Positions 20,652-30,405 of a stretch of DNA of 64,000 bases are shown here, piece by piece. Both the position numbers and the translations under genes were made by a program. The notes beneath the pieces are model-generated. The model saw only the letters and a program-made list of their open reading frames with translations. It was not told the origin of the DNA and searched no databases. How positions within the stretch are numbered: the first letter of the stretch is position 1; the number at the start of each line of letters is the position of its first letter. Origin of the DNA: a virus (Duplodnaviria; Caudoviricetes); the IMG/VR virus record IMGVR_UViG_3300042269_000666, positions 1 through 64,000 of that record; one strand, given 5' to 3'.

Positions 20652-22571
20652 ATGTCTGAATCATCTGAAGCAAAAATCAAACGTTGCGTTATTTATACGA
20701 GGAAGAGTACCGATAAGGGGTTGGAAGAGGAATTCAATTCTTTGGATGCGCAGCGGGAATCCGCTGAAAATTTTATCAAAAGTCAGAAGCACAACGGCTG
20801 GCGATTGCTCCCTGTGCATTACGATGACGGCGGCTACTCCGGCGGCAATACCGAACGCCCTGCATTGAAACGCCTGATGGAAGATATAAAAGCTGGCGGA
20901 ATAGATATTCTGGTAATTTACAAAATGGATCGTCTATCGCGTTCTCTGCTGGATTTTATGAATCTGGCGGAGTTTTTTGAAAAGCACAATGTCAGCTTCG
21001 TTTCCGTCACCCAGGACATCAATACTTCGACCTCTTCAGGCCGCATGATGCTCAATATTCTGATGGCCTTCGGGCAGTATGAGCGGGAAATTATTGGGGA
21101 GAGAATTCTGGACAGCGTTGCCGGAAAAAAACGGCGCGGAAAATATTGCGGTGGCGGCCCGGTGTTGGGTTATGATGTTGATGATAAGAAACTTGTGATT
21201 AATCCTAAGGAAGCGAAAGTCATCAGGGAAATTTTCAAACTGTACGCAAAACTCGGTTCCGGTCGTGAAGTCGCCCGGATTATGAACGAGAAAGGAGCGC
21301 GCACCAAAAGCTGGACCTCGCAGAAAGGCAAATTTCATCCCGGCGCTAAACTGACTTCCAAGGCGCTCTACCGAATTCTGAGTAATCCGCTCTACATCGG
21401 TATGGTTCCGCATAAAGAGAAAACCTACCCCGGTGAACAGGATGCGATTATCGACAAGCCGCTTTGGGACCAGGTACAGGATTTGTTACAGGAAAACCGT
21501 CCGCTCAAACCCGGCGCCAAGAGGAACCCCATTGATTCTCCGTTCAAAGGATTGATGGTTTGCGGTTACTGCGGCGGCGCGTTCGGGATAACCTATACTA
21601 AAAAGAAAAACCGCCGTTATATGTATTACATCTGCATTAAAGACAATAACCGTGCCGAACATGAATGCCCACTGCGACGTTTTGCCGCCGGGGACATCGA
21701 TAAAATTATTCTCCGGCAACTCAACTATCTCTTTAAAAATCCGGCTATCCTGATGAAACTCTTTGAGTTACTACGAGAACGGGAGGAAGAGCAGAGCAAG
21801 GAGCTACTGGAGCGACAAGCTGAATTGGAAAAGGCACAACAGGTAATCCGCGACCAACTGCAGTCTGGGGGCGATATTATCACCTTGAGGGAAGAGTTTA
21901 ACAAGCTCAATCAGGAGTTGGATGGGGTAAAAAGCGAACTCAACTCTCTGAAGGAAATTTATTCCACCCGTGACCTGGCGGAAACCTGCAGTTCGATTGA
22001 AGCAGTCTGGGAGGAGCTGTTTCCGGTGGAACGCTATAAACTGGCGCATCTGCTTATCAACAAAATCACGCTATATAAGGACCGAATAGTCATGGACATC
22101 AAACACCATGGTCTCAAATCTATGATCCGGGATTTAAAATCCGAACCGGAAATTACGGCAGTCACGCCTGTTGGGCAGGACACTATTCAACTGACGATTC
22201 CGATGCTGGTCAAACGCTGGAACGGACGCAAGCTCATCATGATGCCGGATGAACTGGAAAATGACGAACCGGAAAAAGACGAATCCAATGCTGTGGCGAA
22301 AAAACTGGCGCAGGCATACCGGCTGATGGCGATGATTGAAGCAGGTAAATATTCCACACGCACCCGTCTGGCCGAAGACCTCGGCCTCGATCAGTCAATG
22401 GTAGTAAAAACGCTCAACCTGCTAAATTTATCCCCGAAAATCCAGAAGATGATCGTCGAAAATAAAATGCCCGACGGCATGACGCTGGAACGGCTTTACG
22501 GGAATATTCCGATTGAATGGGAGGAACAAGAAAAAATATTCGGATTAAAACAGGAGGTGCAACATGCATAA
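20652..22571 (+). CDS. Large serine recombinase (resolvase, recombinase and zinc-ribbon domains) with C-terminal extension
   Basis: IYTRKST (catalytic Ser), SLDAQRE, RPALKRL, DRLSRS, CGYCG; start set at ATG 20652. Confidence 0.9.
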   Translation: MSESSEAKIKRCVIYTRKSTDKGLEEEFNSLDAQRESAENFIKSQKHNGWRLLPVHYDDGGYSGGNTERPALKRLMEDIKAGGIDILVIYKMDRLSRSLLDFMNLAEFFEKHNVSFVSVTQDINTSTSSGRMMLNILMAFGQYEREIIGERILDSVAGKKRRGKYCGGGPVLGYDVDDKKLVINPKEAKVIREIFKLYAKLGSGREVARIMNEKGARTKSWTSQKGKFHPGAKLTSKALYRILSNPLYIGMVPHKEKTYPGEQDAIIDKPLWDQVQDLLQENRPLKPGAKRNPIDSPFKGLMVCGYCGGAFGITYTKKKNRRYMYYICIKDNNRAEHECPLRRFAAGDIDKIILRQLNYLFKNPAILMKLFELLREREEEQSKELLERQAELEKAQQVIRDQLQSGGDIITLREEFNKLNQELDGVKSELNSLKEIYSTRDLAETCSSIEAVWEELFPVERYKLAHLLINKITLYKDRIVMDIKHHGLKSMIRDLKSEPEITAVTPVGQDTIQLTIPMLVKRWNGRKLIMMPDELENDEPEKDESNAVAKKLAQAYRLMAMIEAGKYSTRTRLAEDLGLDQSMVVKTLNLLNLSPKIQKMIVENKMPDGMTLERLYGNIPIEWEEQEKIFGLKQEVQHA

Positions 22572-23112
22572 CAAAAAACAAATCCTTAAGGACGCATTGA
22601 AATTTGATGAATTGAAAAGCCTCGACAAAGAGACTTTTCTAAACGCATGGAAAGCGATAGCCTTTCTCAACCCAGGATTGCATCCTGACGAATATCAAAA
22701 TCCCGACGGAGGCTGGCCCGAAGAATTAAAGGTGTTTGCGGAAGAAGCTTTTCGCCGTTCTGAAGCTGGAGAACTTGCCGATGATGAGCTATATTGTTAT
22801 GAGCAAGCCATGAAAGGTTTGGATGCGAAGGAAAATATGAAAGTAAATTTGAATAAAATTGAAATTATTGAAGCAAACAGTGATGAAACGCTTTGTTTTT
22901 CAGCCCATCTGTATATCAATGGAGTTTTTGTTGCAACCGTTCACAACAATGGACAAGGGGAAGCAAATCGCTATTATTTCAAAGATAAACGAATCAGGGA
23001 TGAGTTTTTTTCATATTGCCGGAATCTTCCCGACTTTGATTCGCCATATGGACCGCTAACGGCTGACGAAGACCTAGTTATTGGCGATTTAATCGCGAAA
23101 AAATTATCCTGA
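22564..23112 (+). CDS. Hypothetical protein
   Basis: GGAGG RBS, overlaps recombinase stop. Confidence 0.6.
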   Translation: MHNKKQILKDALKFDELKSLDKETFLNAWKAIAFLNPGLHPDEYQNPDGGWPEELKVFAEEAFRRSEAGELADDELYCYEQAMKGLDAKENMKVNLNKIEIIEANSDETLCFSAHLYINGVFVATVHNNGQGEANRYYFKDKRIRDEFFSYCRNLPDFDSPYGPLTADEDLVIGDLIAKKLS

Positions 23113-23372
23113 CTAAAAAAGCAACATTTTATACATTGGATAAAATTGAAAAGCTTTACAAAAGATATCTTTCAAAGTTTATAGAAGGCAATAAGCCAGA
23201 AGTATATTAATCGGCATATTAGAAAATAATCGGTTTAAATCGGCAAAGATCGTTTGACTTAGTGTATTCCTTGCATATATTTTAAGTAAAATTTCAGATT
23301 GAAAGATTAAGTTATCTTTTATTCTGTTTTTTAACCATTTTGAGTAATATTCAAGCGCCAACGGGGCATAAA

Positions 23373-23582
23373 ATGAATGAAATGGAAGATCGCTGGTTAT
23401 CAATAACCGAAATCTGCAAGTACCTCGGTGTAAGTAACGATACGGTATATAAATGGATTGATAAACACAATATGCCGGCTCATCGTATGGGACGTCTCTG
23501 GAAGTTCAAAAAAAACGAGGTAGATGAATGGATTAAAGCAGGAGGGGCAGCGGTAAAGGCTGGAGATACTCATGCGAAATAA
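23373..23582 (+). CDS. Excisionase-like HTH DNA-binding protein
   Basis: RWLSITEICKYLGVSNDTVYKWI..MPAHRMGRLWKFKK.EVDEW. Confidence 0.85.
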   Translation: MNEMEDRWLSITEICKYLGVSNDTVYKWIDKHNMPAHRMGRLWKFKKNEVDEWIKAGGAAVKAGDTHAK

Positions 23583-23714
23583 CTGGAAATTAATGAGAAC
23601 AGTAATTCAAATAAAGGTGTTTTCCGGAGCTTACAGTGATTTTATATTTGCTGGCTGTTTTGTATATGCCAACGAATCGCATCCGGCAAATAAGCAAAGA
23701 ACGGAGATTATTTT

Positions 23715-24977
23715 ATGAATCAGGAATTGAACTTTCTTGATTTGTTTGCCGGAGCCGGCGGGTTGTCTGAAGGCTTTATCCGAGCCGGGTTCACTCCAGT
23801 TGCACATGTTGAATCGGATCGGGCGGCCTGTTTTACTCTGCGGACCCGCATGGCTTATCATTGGCTGAATACTCAAAAACGAACAGAATTATATGCTGAT
23901 TATCTGAATGGTGCTCTGTCTCGCCATGAATTTTATGAGCAAATTCCTGAAGATGTTATTGGTTCGGTCATTAACGCTGAGATCGGGGCAAAAACATTGT
24001 CGGAGATTTTCCGACAGGTTGATGCCATGTTGAAAAATCGAAAGCTTGACCTGATTGTCGGGGGGCCTCCCTGCCAGGCCTATTCTATTGTTGGCAGGTC
24101 ACGAGACCAGAACCGGATGAAAGGCGACAAACGGAACTATCTTTATATTTATTATGCCGAATTTCTGAAACGCTATCAACCATCGTATTTTGTCTTTGAA
24201 AATGTAACTGGTCTTTTTTCCGCCAAGGACGAAAACGGTTGTCTTTATCTTACCTCTATGAGGAATCTCTTTCATAAGTGTGGTTATGAAACTGAATTTA
24301 AGACGCTTTCTGCAGAAAATTATGGTGTTCTGCAAAGCAGGAAAAGAATTATTCTTGTAGGGAAAAAAGGCAAAACTACGGGATTTTATCCGAATCCAGA
24401 TAAATGGAATCCAGATGTAAAAGTTCGTGAAATATTTCAGGACCTCCCCGTTATTGCTGCAGGAGAAGGAAGTCCGGGCCCCTGTCGTGTTGGAAGATAT
24501 AACGGAACATGGCAGATTAAGGCTGGAATCCGGAATGAAAAACTCCCGGTTACATGGCATCAGTCAAGATCCAATACCGATCAGGATCTTGAAATATACC
24601 GAATTGCAGTCGAGCTCTGGAACAAAAAGAAGAGCCGACTTGATTATAATTTGTTACCAGATCGATTGAAAACACATCGTCACAGAAATTCATTTGTTGA
24701 CAGATTCAAAGTTGTTGCATCTGATTTGCCGTTTTCTCATACTGTGGTCGCACATATTGCTAAAGACGGACACTATTATATCCATCCGGATATAAATCAG
24801 AACCGTTCTATCACCCCCAGAGAAGCGGCACGATTGCAAACATTCCCTGATGACTATTGCTTTGAAAGCAGTAATGAATCTCCAGGGCGAACTCCCGTGT
24901 TTCGTCAGATTGGCAATGCTGTACCTGTTCTTCTGGCTCGGAAAATTGCAGAAAAATTAAAGGAGGGATGGTTGTGA
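23715..24977 (+). CDS. dcm: DNA (cytosine-5) methyltransferase
   Basis: LFAGAGG, GGPPCQ, ENV, QSRKR, TPREAARLQ, GNAV motifs. Confidence 0.95.
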   Translation: MNQELNFLDLFAGAGGLSEGFIRAGFTPVAHVESDRAACFTLRTRMAYHWLNTQKRTELYADYLNGALSRHEFYEQIPEDVIGSVINAEIGAKTLSEIFRQVDAMLKNRKLDLIVGGPPCQAYSIVGRSRDQNRMKGDKRNYLYIYYAEFLKRYQPSYFVFENVTGLFSAKDENGCLYLTSMRNLFHKCGYETEFKTLSAENYGVLQSRKRIILVGKKGKTTGFYPNPDKWNPDVKVREIFQDLPVIAAGEGSPGPCRVGRYNGTWQIKAGIRNEKLPVTWHQSRSNTDQDLEIYRIAVELWNKKKSRLDYNLLPDRLKTHRHRNSFVDRFKVVASDLPFSHTVVAHIAKDGHYYIHPDINQNRSITPREAARLQTFPDDYCFESSNESPGRTPVFRQIGNAVPVLLARKIAEKLKEGWL

Positions 24978-27130
24978 GTTCAAGTGGTACTTATAAAATA
25001 CGACCGGCGGGGCGACATATTCTGACTATTGGTCGAGATTTGATTCAGGATTGTTATGCTGCTGTAGTAGAGTTGGTTAAAAATGCTTATGATGCTGATT
25101 CTCCGGAAGTTAACATTATATTTCAAGCAAAACCTGATAGTAGTGGTTATTCTATTATCATTTCTGACCGGGGGCATGGTATGTCTCGGGATACCGTTAT
25201 CCACAAATGGATGGTACCTTCTACACGCGACAAGCTTGATCGGCGGGTAAGTCCCTCCGGCAGAATTATGCAGGGGCGGAAAGGTGTGGGGCGATATGCC
25301 GCTTCTATTCTGGGCTCTGATCTCCTTCTGGAAACAGTCTCTCCAGAAGGGGAAAAAACCATGGCTTTGGTTGAATGGAGTACCTTTGAGGCAGCCGAAT
25401 ATCTGGATAACGTGGAAATATTGATTGAAACGGCTAGGGGCTCAGAACCTTCTGGTACTAAGCTAACCATGACTGGTGATAGTGAATTTCTTGCAGAATG
25501 GGATCAAAACCAATTCAACAAGCTTCGTTTTGAACTGAAAAAGCTGATATCACCTGTAAATGCAGCTATAAGCGATACACAGGATAATGATGATGAGTTT
25601 TGCATCAATCTGGAAATTTATGGGTTTCCCAATGTACAGGACATTGCTGAAACCATCGAGCCTTATCCGATTTTTGATCTTTTTGATTACCGAATATTTG
25701 GAAAAATAGATGTCGATGGTAAAGGTACATTGACATATTCATTACAAAAAGCACGCAACACATCTGACGAAAAAATCCAGTTTGATGCCGGAGTAGCCAC
25801 TGGTTGCGGGGAATTGTTTTTTGATATCCGGGTATATGACCGCGAGAAGGAAGCTATTGAATCTCTTATTGGGCGTGGTCTTAAAGACGAATCGGGGAAC
25901 TATGTCGGGAAGCTCCAGGCCAGGCAACTTCTTAATGAATACAACGGTATCGGCGTTTATCGGAACGGATTTCGCATCCGACCGCTCGGAGATGCAGATT
26001 TTGACTGGCTGAAACTTAATGAGCAACGTGTTCAGAACCCTTCATTACGTATAGGTAGTAATCAGGCTATCGGATATGTACAGATTCAGTCAGATGAGCT
26101 GTCGGGTCTAGTAGAAAAAAGTGCGCGGGATGGGCTTCGTGAAAACAATGCCTTTGCCAGGCTGAAAGAAATAACTAAAACAGTAATCTCAAAACTTGAA
26201 GAGCGACGTTTCGATTACAGAAAAAAAGCCGGGCTCAGCCGGCCTGTGCTTAAAGTTGAACGAGAACTTGAAAGGTTATTTTCCTTTGATGATTTGAAAC
26301 GTAATATTCGGTCCAGACTTACCAGAGGCGGAGTCAATAGAGAAACGGCTGATGAAATCATCAACATCATTAGCCGGGATGCCGAAGATAAAAACAAAGC
26401 AGCCGAAGAAATCAGACAGGCTGTGGCCATCTATCAGGGACAGGCAACCCTCGGAAAAATTATTAACGTTATATTGCATGAAGGCAGGCGCCCTCTTAGT
26501 TATTTCAGAAATCAGATTCCACGCATTCATAAAAAAGTTCAGGCGTTTCAGAAAGAACAGAATATAAATACCGCTATTGATATTCGGGAAATATCGGAAG
26601 GTATCGGGAATAATTCAGAAATTTTTGTTGCTCTTTTTGGTCGACTGGATCCTTTAGCTGCAGGTAAGCGTACCGCAAAAAAACCAATTAACCTGAAAAA
26701 AATGATTTTGGATTCACTTTGTGTCTTCGCAGAAGAAATGAAAACACATAATGTGGAGGCAATAGTTAATGGACCAGATAACTTCATGTTTTCAACATGG
26801 CGACAAGATATCCAGGCAATTTTCACAAATCTAATTGACAACAGTATTTATTGGATGAATGAAAAAGAGATTGAGAAGCGGCAAATCATGATTGAAATAG
26901 TAACCGATAATGATGCTCTTTTGTACGTTGACTATCGTGATACCGGTCCTGGTATTGAACCATCACTGATTAATAGTGAAGTAATTTTTGAACCACAATT
27001 TTCAACTAAGCCTTCTGGTACGGGATTAGGGCTGGCTATTGCCGGAGAAGCTGCAACGAGAAATGGGTTGGAACTGAAAGCATTTGAGGCTGATGCGGGT
27101 GCTTATTTCAGACTTCAACCCGAGGAGTAA
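24968..27130 (+). CDS. GHKL (MORC/HSP90-like) ATPase fused to C-terminal histidine kinase
   Basis: N-terminal ELVKNAYDAD, DRGHGM, GRKGVGR; C-terminal HEGRRP, NLIDNS, DTGPGI, GTGLGL. Confidence 0.85.
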   Translation: MVVSSSGTYKIRPAGRHILTIGRDLIQDCYAAVVELVKNAYDADSPEVNIIFQAKPDSSGYSIIISDRGHGMSRDTVIHKWMVPSTRDKLDRRVSPSGRIMQGRKGVGRYAASILGSDLLLETVSPEGEKTMALVEWSTFEAAEYLDNVEILIETARGSEPSGTKLTMTGDSEFLAEWDQNQFNKLRFELKKLISPVNAAISDTQDNDDEFCINLEIYGFPNVQDIAETIEPYPIFDLFDYRIFGKIDVDGKGTLTYSLQKARNTSDEKIQFDAGVATGCGELFFDIRVYDREKEAIESLIGRGLKDESGNYVGKLQARQLLNEYNGIGVYRNGFRIRPLGDADFDWLKLNEQRVQNPSLRIGSNQAIGYVQIQSDELSGLVEKSARDGLRENNAFARLKEITKTVISKLEERRFDYRKKAGLSRPVLKVERELERLFSFDDLKRNIRSRLTRGGVNRETADEIINIISRDAEDKNKAAEEIRQAVAIYQGQATLGKIINVILHEGRRPLSYFRNQIPRIHKKVQAFQKEQNINTAIDIREISEGIGNNSEIFVALFGRLDPLAAGKRTAKKPINLKKMILDSLCVFAEEMKTHNVEAIVNGPDNFMFSTWRQDIQAIFTNLIDNSIYWMNEKEIEKRQIMIEIVTDNDALLYVDYRDTGPGIEPSLINSEVIFEPQFSTKPSGTGLGLAIAGEAATRNGLELKAFEADAGAYFRLQPEE

Positions 27131-27133
27131 TAT

Positions 27134-28231
27134 ATGAATGACTTCAAATTAATGCTTGTAGAGGATAGCGAAGAAGATATCAAATTGTGTCGTGCATGCA
27201 TTGAAGATTTTCAGCAAGAAAAATCATGTACTATTGATCTCGTTGAGAGCAGAAATGTTGATGAGGCATTCATAAAACTGGATAATTCTTTTGATGCCGC
27301 AATAATTGATCTTAAACTTGCAGATCAAGGTAATGAGGGAAATCAGGTGGTTAATCGAATTGCAGAATCGCACTTGCGTATTCCAATGGCAATTCTTACC
27401 GGAACTCCAGATGCTGCCGACCTTGACTTTGCATATATCGGAATATTCAAAAAAGGTGATCCTGGCGCAGGGTATGTTGACATCATGGAACATTTCTGGA
27501 AAATTCACAACACTGGACTTACACGCATCATGGGAGGCCGTGGAAAAATTGAAGAAACTCTGGATAATGTTTTCAAAAAAAATCTGCTTCCTGAACAATA
27601 TCGAAAAAAATGGATAGAATATGGGGAAAAATATCCCGATCGAACTGAAAAAGCTCTTTTACGTCATGCACTTAGTCATTTGCTTCAGCTTCTTGATTAT
27701 GATGGAAGCCGTTACTTTCCCGAAGAAGTTTATCTGGCTCCCCCTCTTGATTCGGAAATCAGAACCGGCAGTATTGTGAAAGAAAAAAGCAGCAATATTT
27801 TTTTTGTGGTTATGAATCCGGTCTGTGATCTTGTTGTTCGTGATACCGGAGAATGCAATACGGATAGAATTCTGCTTGTGGAAATAGATTCTCAATCTTT
27901 ATTGTTTCCAAAGCATCCACCAACCGGACTCAGCAACAGCCAGAGAAAAGATTTGGAAAAAGCATATAAAAACAACAAGTCTTATTATTATCACTGGCTT
28001 CCTGAAACAGATTTCTTTGACGGTGGTTTTCTGAATTTCAGAAAAATTTTCACGCTATCAAAAGACGAGTTAACAGAAAGATTTGAATGTCCATCTCTCC
28101 AGGTATCGCCATCTTTTGTAAAAGATATGATTGCACGTTTTTCCGTATATTACGCTCGCCAGGGCCAACCGGATATAGACTTTGATCATTTCATCAATTC
28201 TTCTGCTGTACAAACTGGGAACTCTAAATAA
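27134..28231 (+). CDS. Response-regulator receiver domain protein with uncharacterised C-terminal domain
   Basis: LMLVEDS, AAIIDLKL, ILTG receiver motifs; C-terminal NPVCDL...RFSVYYARQGQPD. Confidence 0.75.
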   Translation: MNDFKLMLVEDSEEDIKLCRACIEDFQQEKSCTIDLVESRNVDEAFIKLDNSFDAAIIDLKLADQGNEGNQVVNRIAESHLRIPMAILTGTPDAADLDFAYIGIFKKGDPGAGYVDIMEHFWKIHNTGLTRIMGGRGKIEETLDNVFKKNLLPEQYRKKWIEYGEKYPDRTEKALLRHALSHLLQLLDYDGSRYFPEEVYLAPPLDSEIRTGSIVKEKSSNIFFVVMNPVCDLVVRDTGECNTDRILLVEIDSQSLLFPKHPPTGLSNSQRKDLEKAYKNNKSYYYHWLPETDFFDGGFLNFRKIFTLSKDELTERFECPSLQVSPSFVKDMIARFSVYYARQGQPDIDFDHFINSSAVQTGNSK

Positions 28232-28695
28232 TGGATGTTCATTCTCCGGAACAACGTAGTTTTAATATGTCCAGAATCCGGGGGAAGAACACTCTTCCAG
28301 AAATGATTGTGCGCAGATGGCTCTGGGCAAATGGCTACCGATATCGGCTTCACAAAAAAGACCTTCCTGGAAAACCAGACATAGTTTTATCAAAATATCA
28401 TACAGTTATCTTTATCCATGGTTGTTTCTGGCATCGTCATGGTTGCCGGTTAACTACTACTCCAGGATCACGCAGGGATTTCTGGATTTCTAAATTTCAG
28501 GAGAACGTTAACAGAGACAAGCGTAATATCGAAATACTGATGGATATGGGTTGGAGGGTAATGGTAGTATGGGAATGCATACTTAGAGGAAAAAATGCAG
28601 ACATTGAATTATTTGCCAAACAGGTATCAGTTTTTTTTAATTCAAATACAAGCTTTTCTGAGATAGGTACAGAAATTCAGCCTACGGATTTGTAA
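28231..28695 (+). CDS. vsr: Very-short-patch repair endonuclease
   Basis: MDVHSPEQRSFNMSRIRGKNT.PE, LPGKPDIV, HGCFWH.H. Confidence 0.95.
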   Translation: MDVHSPEQRSFNMSRIRGKNTLPEMIVRRWLWANGYRYRLHKKDLPGKPDIVLSKYHTVIFIHGCFWHRHGCRLTTTPGSRRDFWISKFQENVNRDKRNIEILMDMGWRVMVVWECILRGKNADIELFAKQVSVFFNSNTSFSEIGTEIQPTDL

Positions 28696-28776
28696 AATTG
28701 AAGATCATTTTTATTTCTGTCAGATGATAATAGTTTTGCAATAAAATAATAGATTTGCCTTAATGGATTACTTTAT

Positions 28777-29748
28777 ATGACAATGCCCAAAAGACCCATA
28801 CCACATCATAATCAACAGTTATCCTTCACTGTTTTCGAAAACAAAGTCGGCAACCATTTGGGGATTATAAGACGCCAGACCGATAATGACTATGGTGTCG
28901 ATTTCGAATTCGAGTTTGTTGATAAACAAAATGTTACAGGAAAAATAATAAAGTGCCAGTTAAAGTCTACAGAAAACATCTATATCAAAAAAGACGACTG
29001 TCCCATATGTAGAGGGATAAAGCAGAGCACCTTGGAGTATTGGGCTGAAATAAGTAAAAATATAAATGTCATAGTGTTTTTGGTTGATTTAAAAACTGAA
29101 AAGATATATATGACCAAACCAATAAGAAGACAGGCCCATAGCCTTATATCTGACGATCCCAGCAAAACAAAAACTATATCATTTTTACCTTATTATTTCA
29201 CCGATGAAATTATCCCTGTATTGACTAAAGCATTTGCATATGCTCCCACAGGGAATGAAGAAAAAAACTGTCATAAGAGGGCAATTGATTTTCTTCCGGC
29301 GCTTATTGAGCAACTGACTTGGGTGGTTGGCTCTGACCCTACGTCTGAATTTGATATGGGAATAATAAGAACATTTTTGGATATATCTAAAGAGCTCTTA
29401 TACTACCCTAAAATATTGGGAAATGAATTTGCAGGCAAAGACGCTCATAATAACAAAATAGGAGTACGCATATGGAATGAAAATTACTGGCAGAATTTAC
29501 TTGTTAGTCAGTGGCCTAATTTTTGGGCAAAAGAATCATTTGTTTTTTTATTCAATCTTTATGTTCGCGAACTAAAGATGCTAAAAGAATGCATGTCAAA
29601 AGGAGAGTATTACTGGAAAAAAAATGATCCAGATTATTTATATTTTGTCAATAACTCTTTTGTCCCTCGCGAAATTGATTTAAAAGCATGTAATGATGCT
29701 TGGAAGCTATATGAAGAATATGAAGCATTTCTAAAAAATCGAGATTAG
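28777..29748 (+). CDS. DUF4365-like PD-(D/E)XK nuclease domain protein
   Basis: DYGVDFEFE...KCQLKST. Confidence 0.7.
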   Translation: MTMPKRPIPHHNQQLSFTVFENKVGNHLGIIRRQTDNDYGVDFEFEFVDKQNVTGKIIKCQLKSTENIYIKKDDCPICRGIKQSTLEYWAEISKNINVIVFLVDLKTEKIYMTKPIRRQAHSLISDDPSKTKTISFLPYYFTDEIIPVLTKAFAYAPTGNEEKNCHKRAIDFLPALIEQLTWVVGSDPTSEFDMGIIRTFLDISKELLYYPKILGNEFAGKDAHNNKIGVRIWNENYWQNLLVSQWPNFWAKESFVFLFNLYVRELKMLKECMSKGEYYWKKNDPDYLYFVNNSFVPREIDLKACNDAWKLYEEYEAFLKNRD

Positions 29749-30215
29749 AGCCATCGCTATCTATTTTGAGAATGATTAAACAGATTCAGAATAGATTTAA
29801 GCCTGAAGATTTGAAAATAGTCATAAATCAAACGAGAAAAACCTTAAAAACAACTTCCTGTAAAAATGCTAACCTCTCGCAGTAACTCCTGGAAAAAGTT
29901 CGAAAAAACACAGTTTTTTGCCTGTTTTTACCCCAGTCCAACTTACCGTTCAACAAACCGGGAAAGGCTTTTAAATGCCTTCTGTGCTCATAAGACGTTG
30001 GCAATAAAACACTAAGAGGCTTAATTTGGCTTGCTGAAATTAACTGGTGGCTACCAGTTATTTTAGAGAGAATCGTCTCAAACAGAGAGAAAACAGCGGA
30101 TTAATAGCTTTTCTTAAAGGCCTGCCGGAAAATACTGAAATTCGTATATCCTTTTGACACAAGGGGATATGCATCATAATTACTTACTGGTAAGAGACAT
30201 GAATAAAAAATAAAA

Positions 30216-30269
30216 TGGTACCCGGGGTGGGACTCGAACCCACACTCCACAAGGGAAACGGATTTTAAG
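30216..30269 (-). tRNA. 3' half of tRNA-Leu(TAA); att-site duplication, not an intact tRNA
   Basis: Minus strand CTTAAAA anticodon loop, long variable arm, GTGGG-TTCGAGT-CCCAC T-arm, ends ACCA; match stops at the 5' edge of the anticodon loop. Confidence 0.9.
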
Positions 30270-30299
30270 AGCATTATTTTAAGTTCAAAAATGCTTGTG

Positions 30300-30321
30300 T
30301 GTATCAAGAATGTATCAAGAA
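30300..30321 (+). repeat. Tandem direct repeat TGTATCAAGAA x2; probable integrase arm-type sites
   Basis: Perfect 11-bp direct repeat between att core and integrase start. Confidence 0.6.
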
Positions 30322-30405
30322 TTTTATATATTATATTGTTTGTTGTTAAAAATATACTATATTTGTCAAAAAGAATACAATTAATTTTAATAAGAAGAGT
30401 TTATC

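Noticed and set aside
30216-30269. Functional tRNA-Leu gene
   Set aside because: Acceptor 5' strand, D-arm and 5' anticodon stem are missing; treated as an att duplication
30101-30307. 68-aa minus-strand ORF spanning the att site
   Set aside because: Chance translation of the tRNA fragment and flanks
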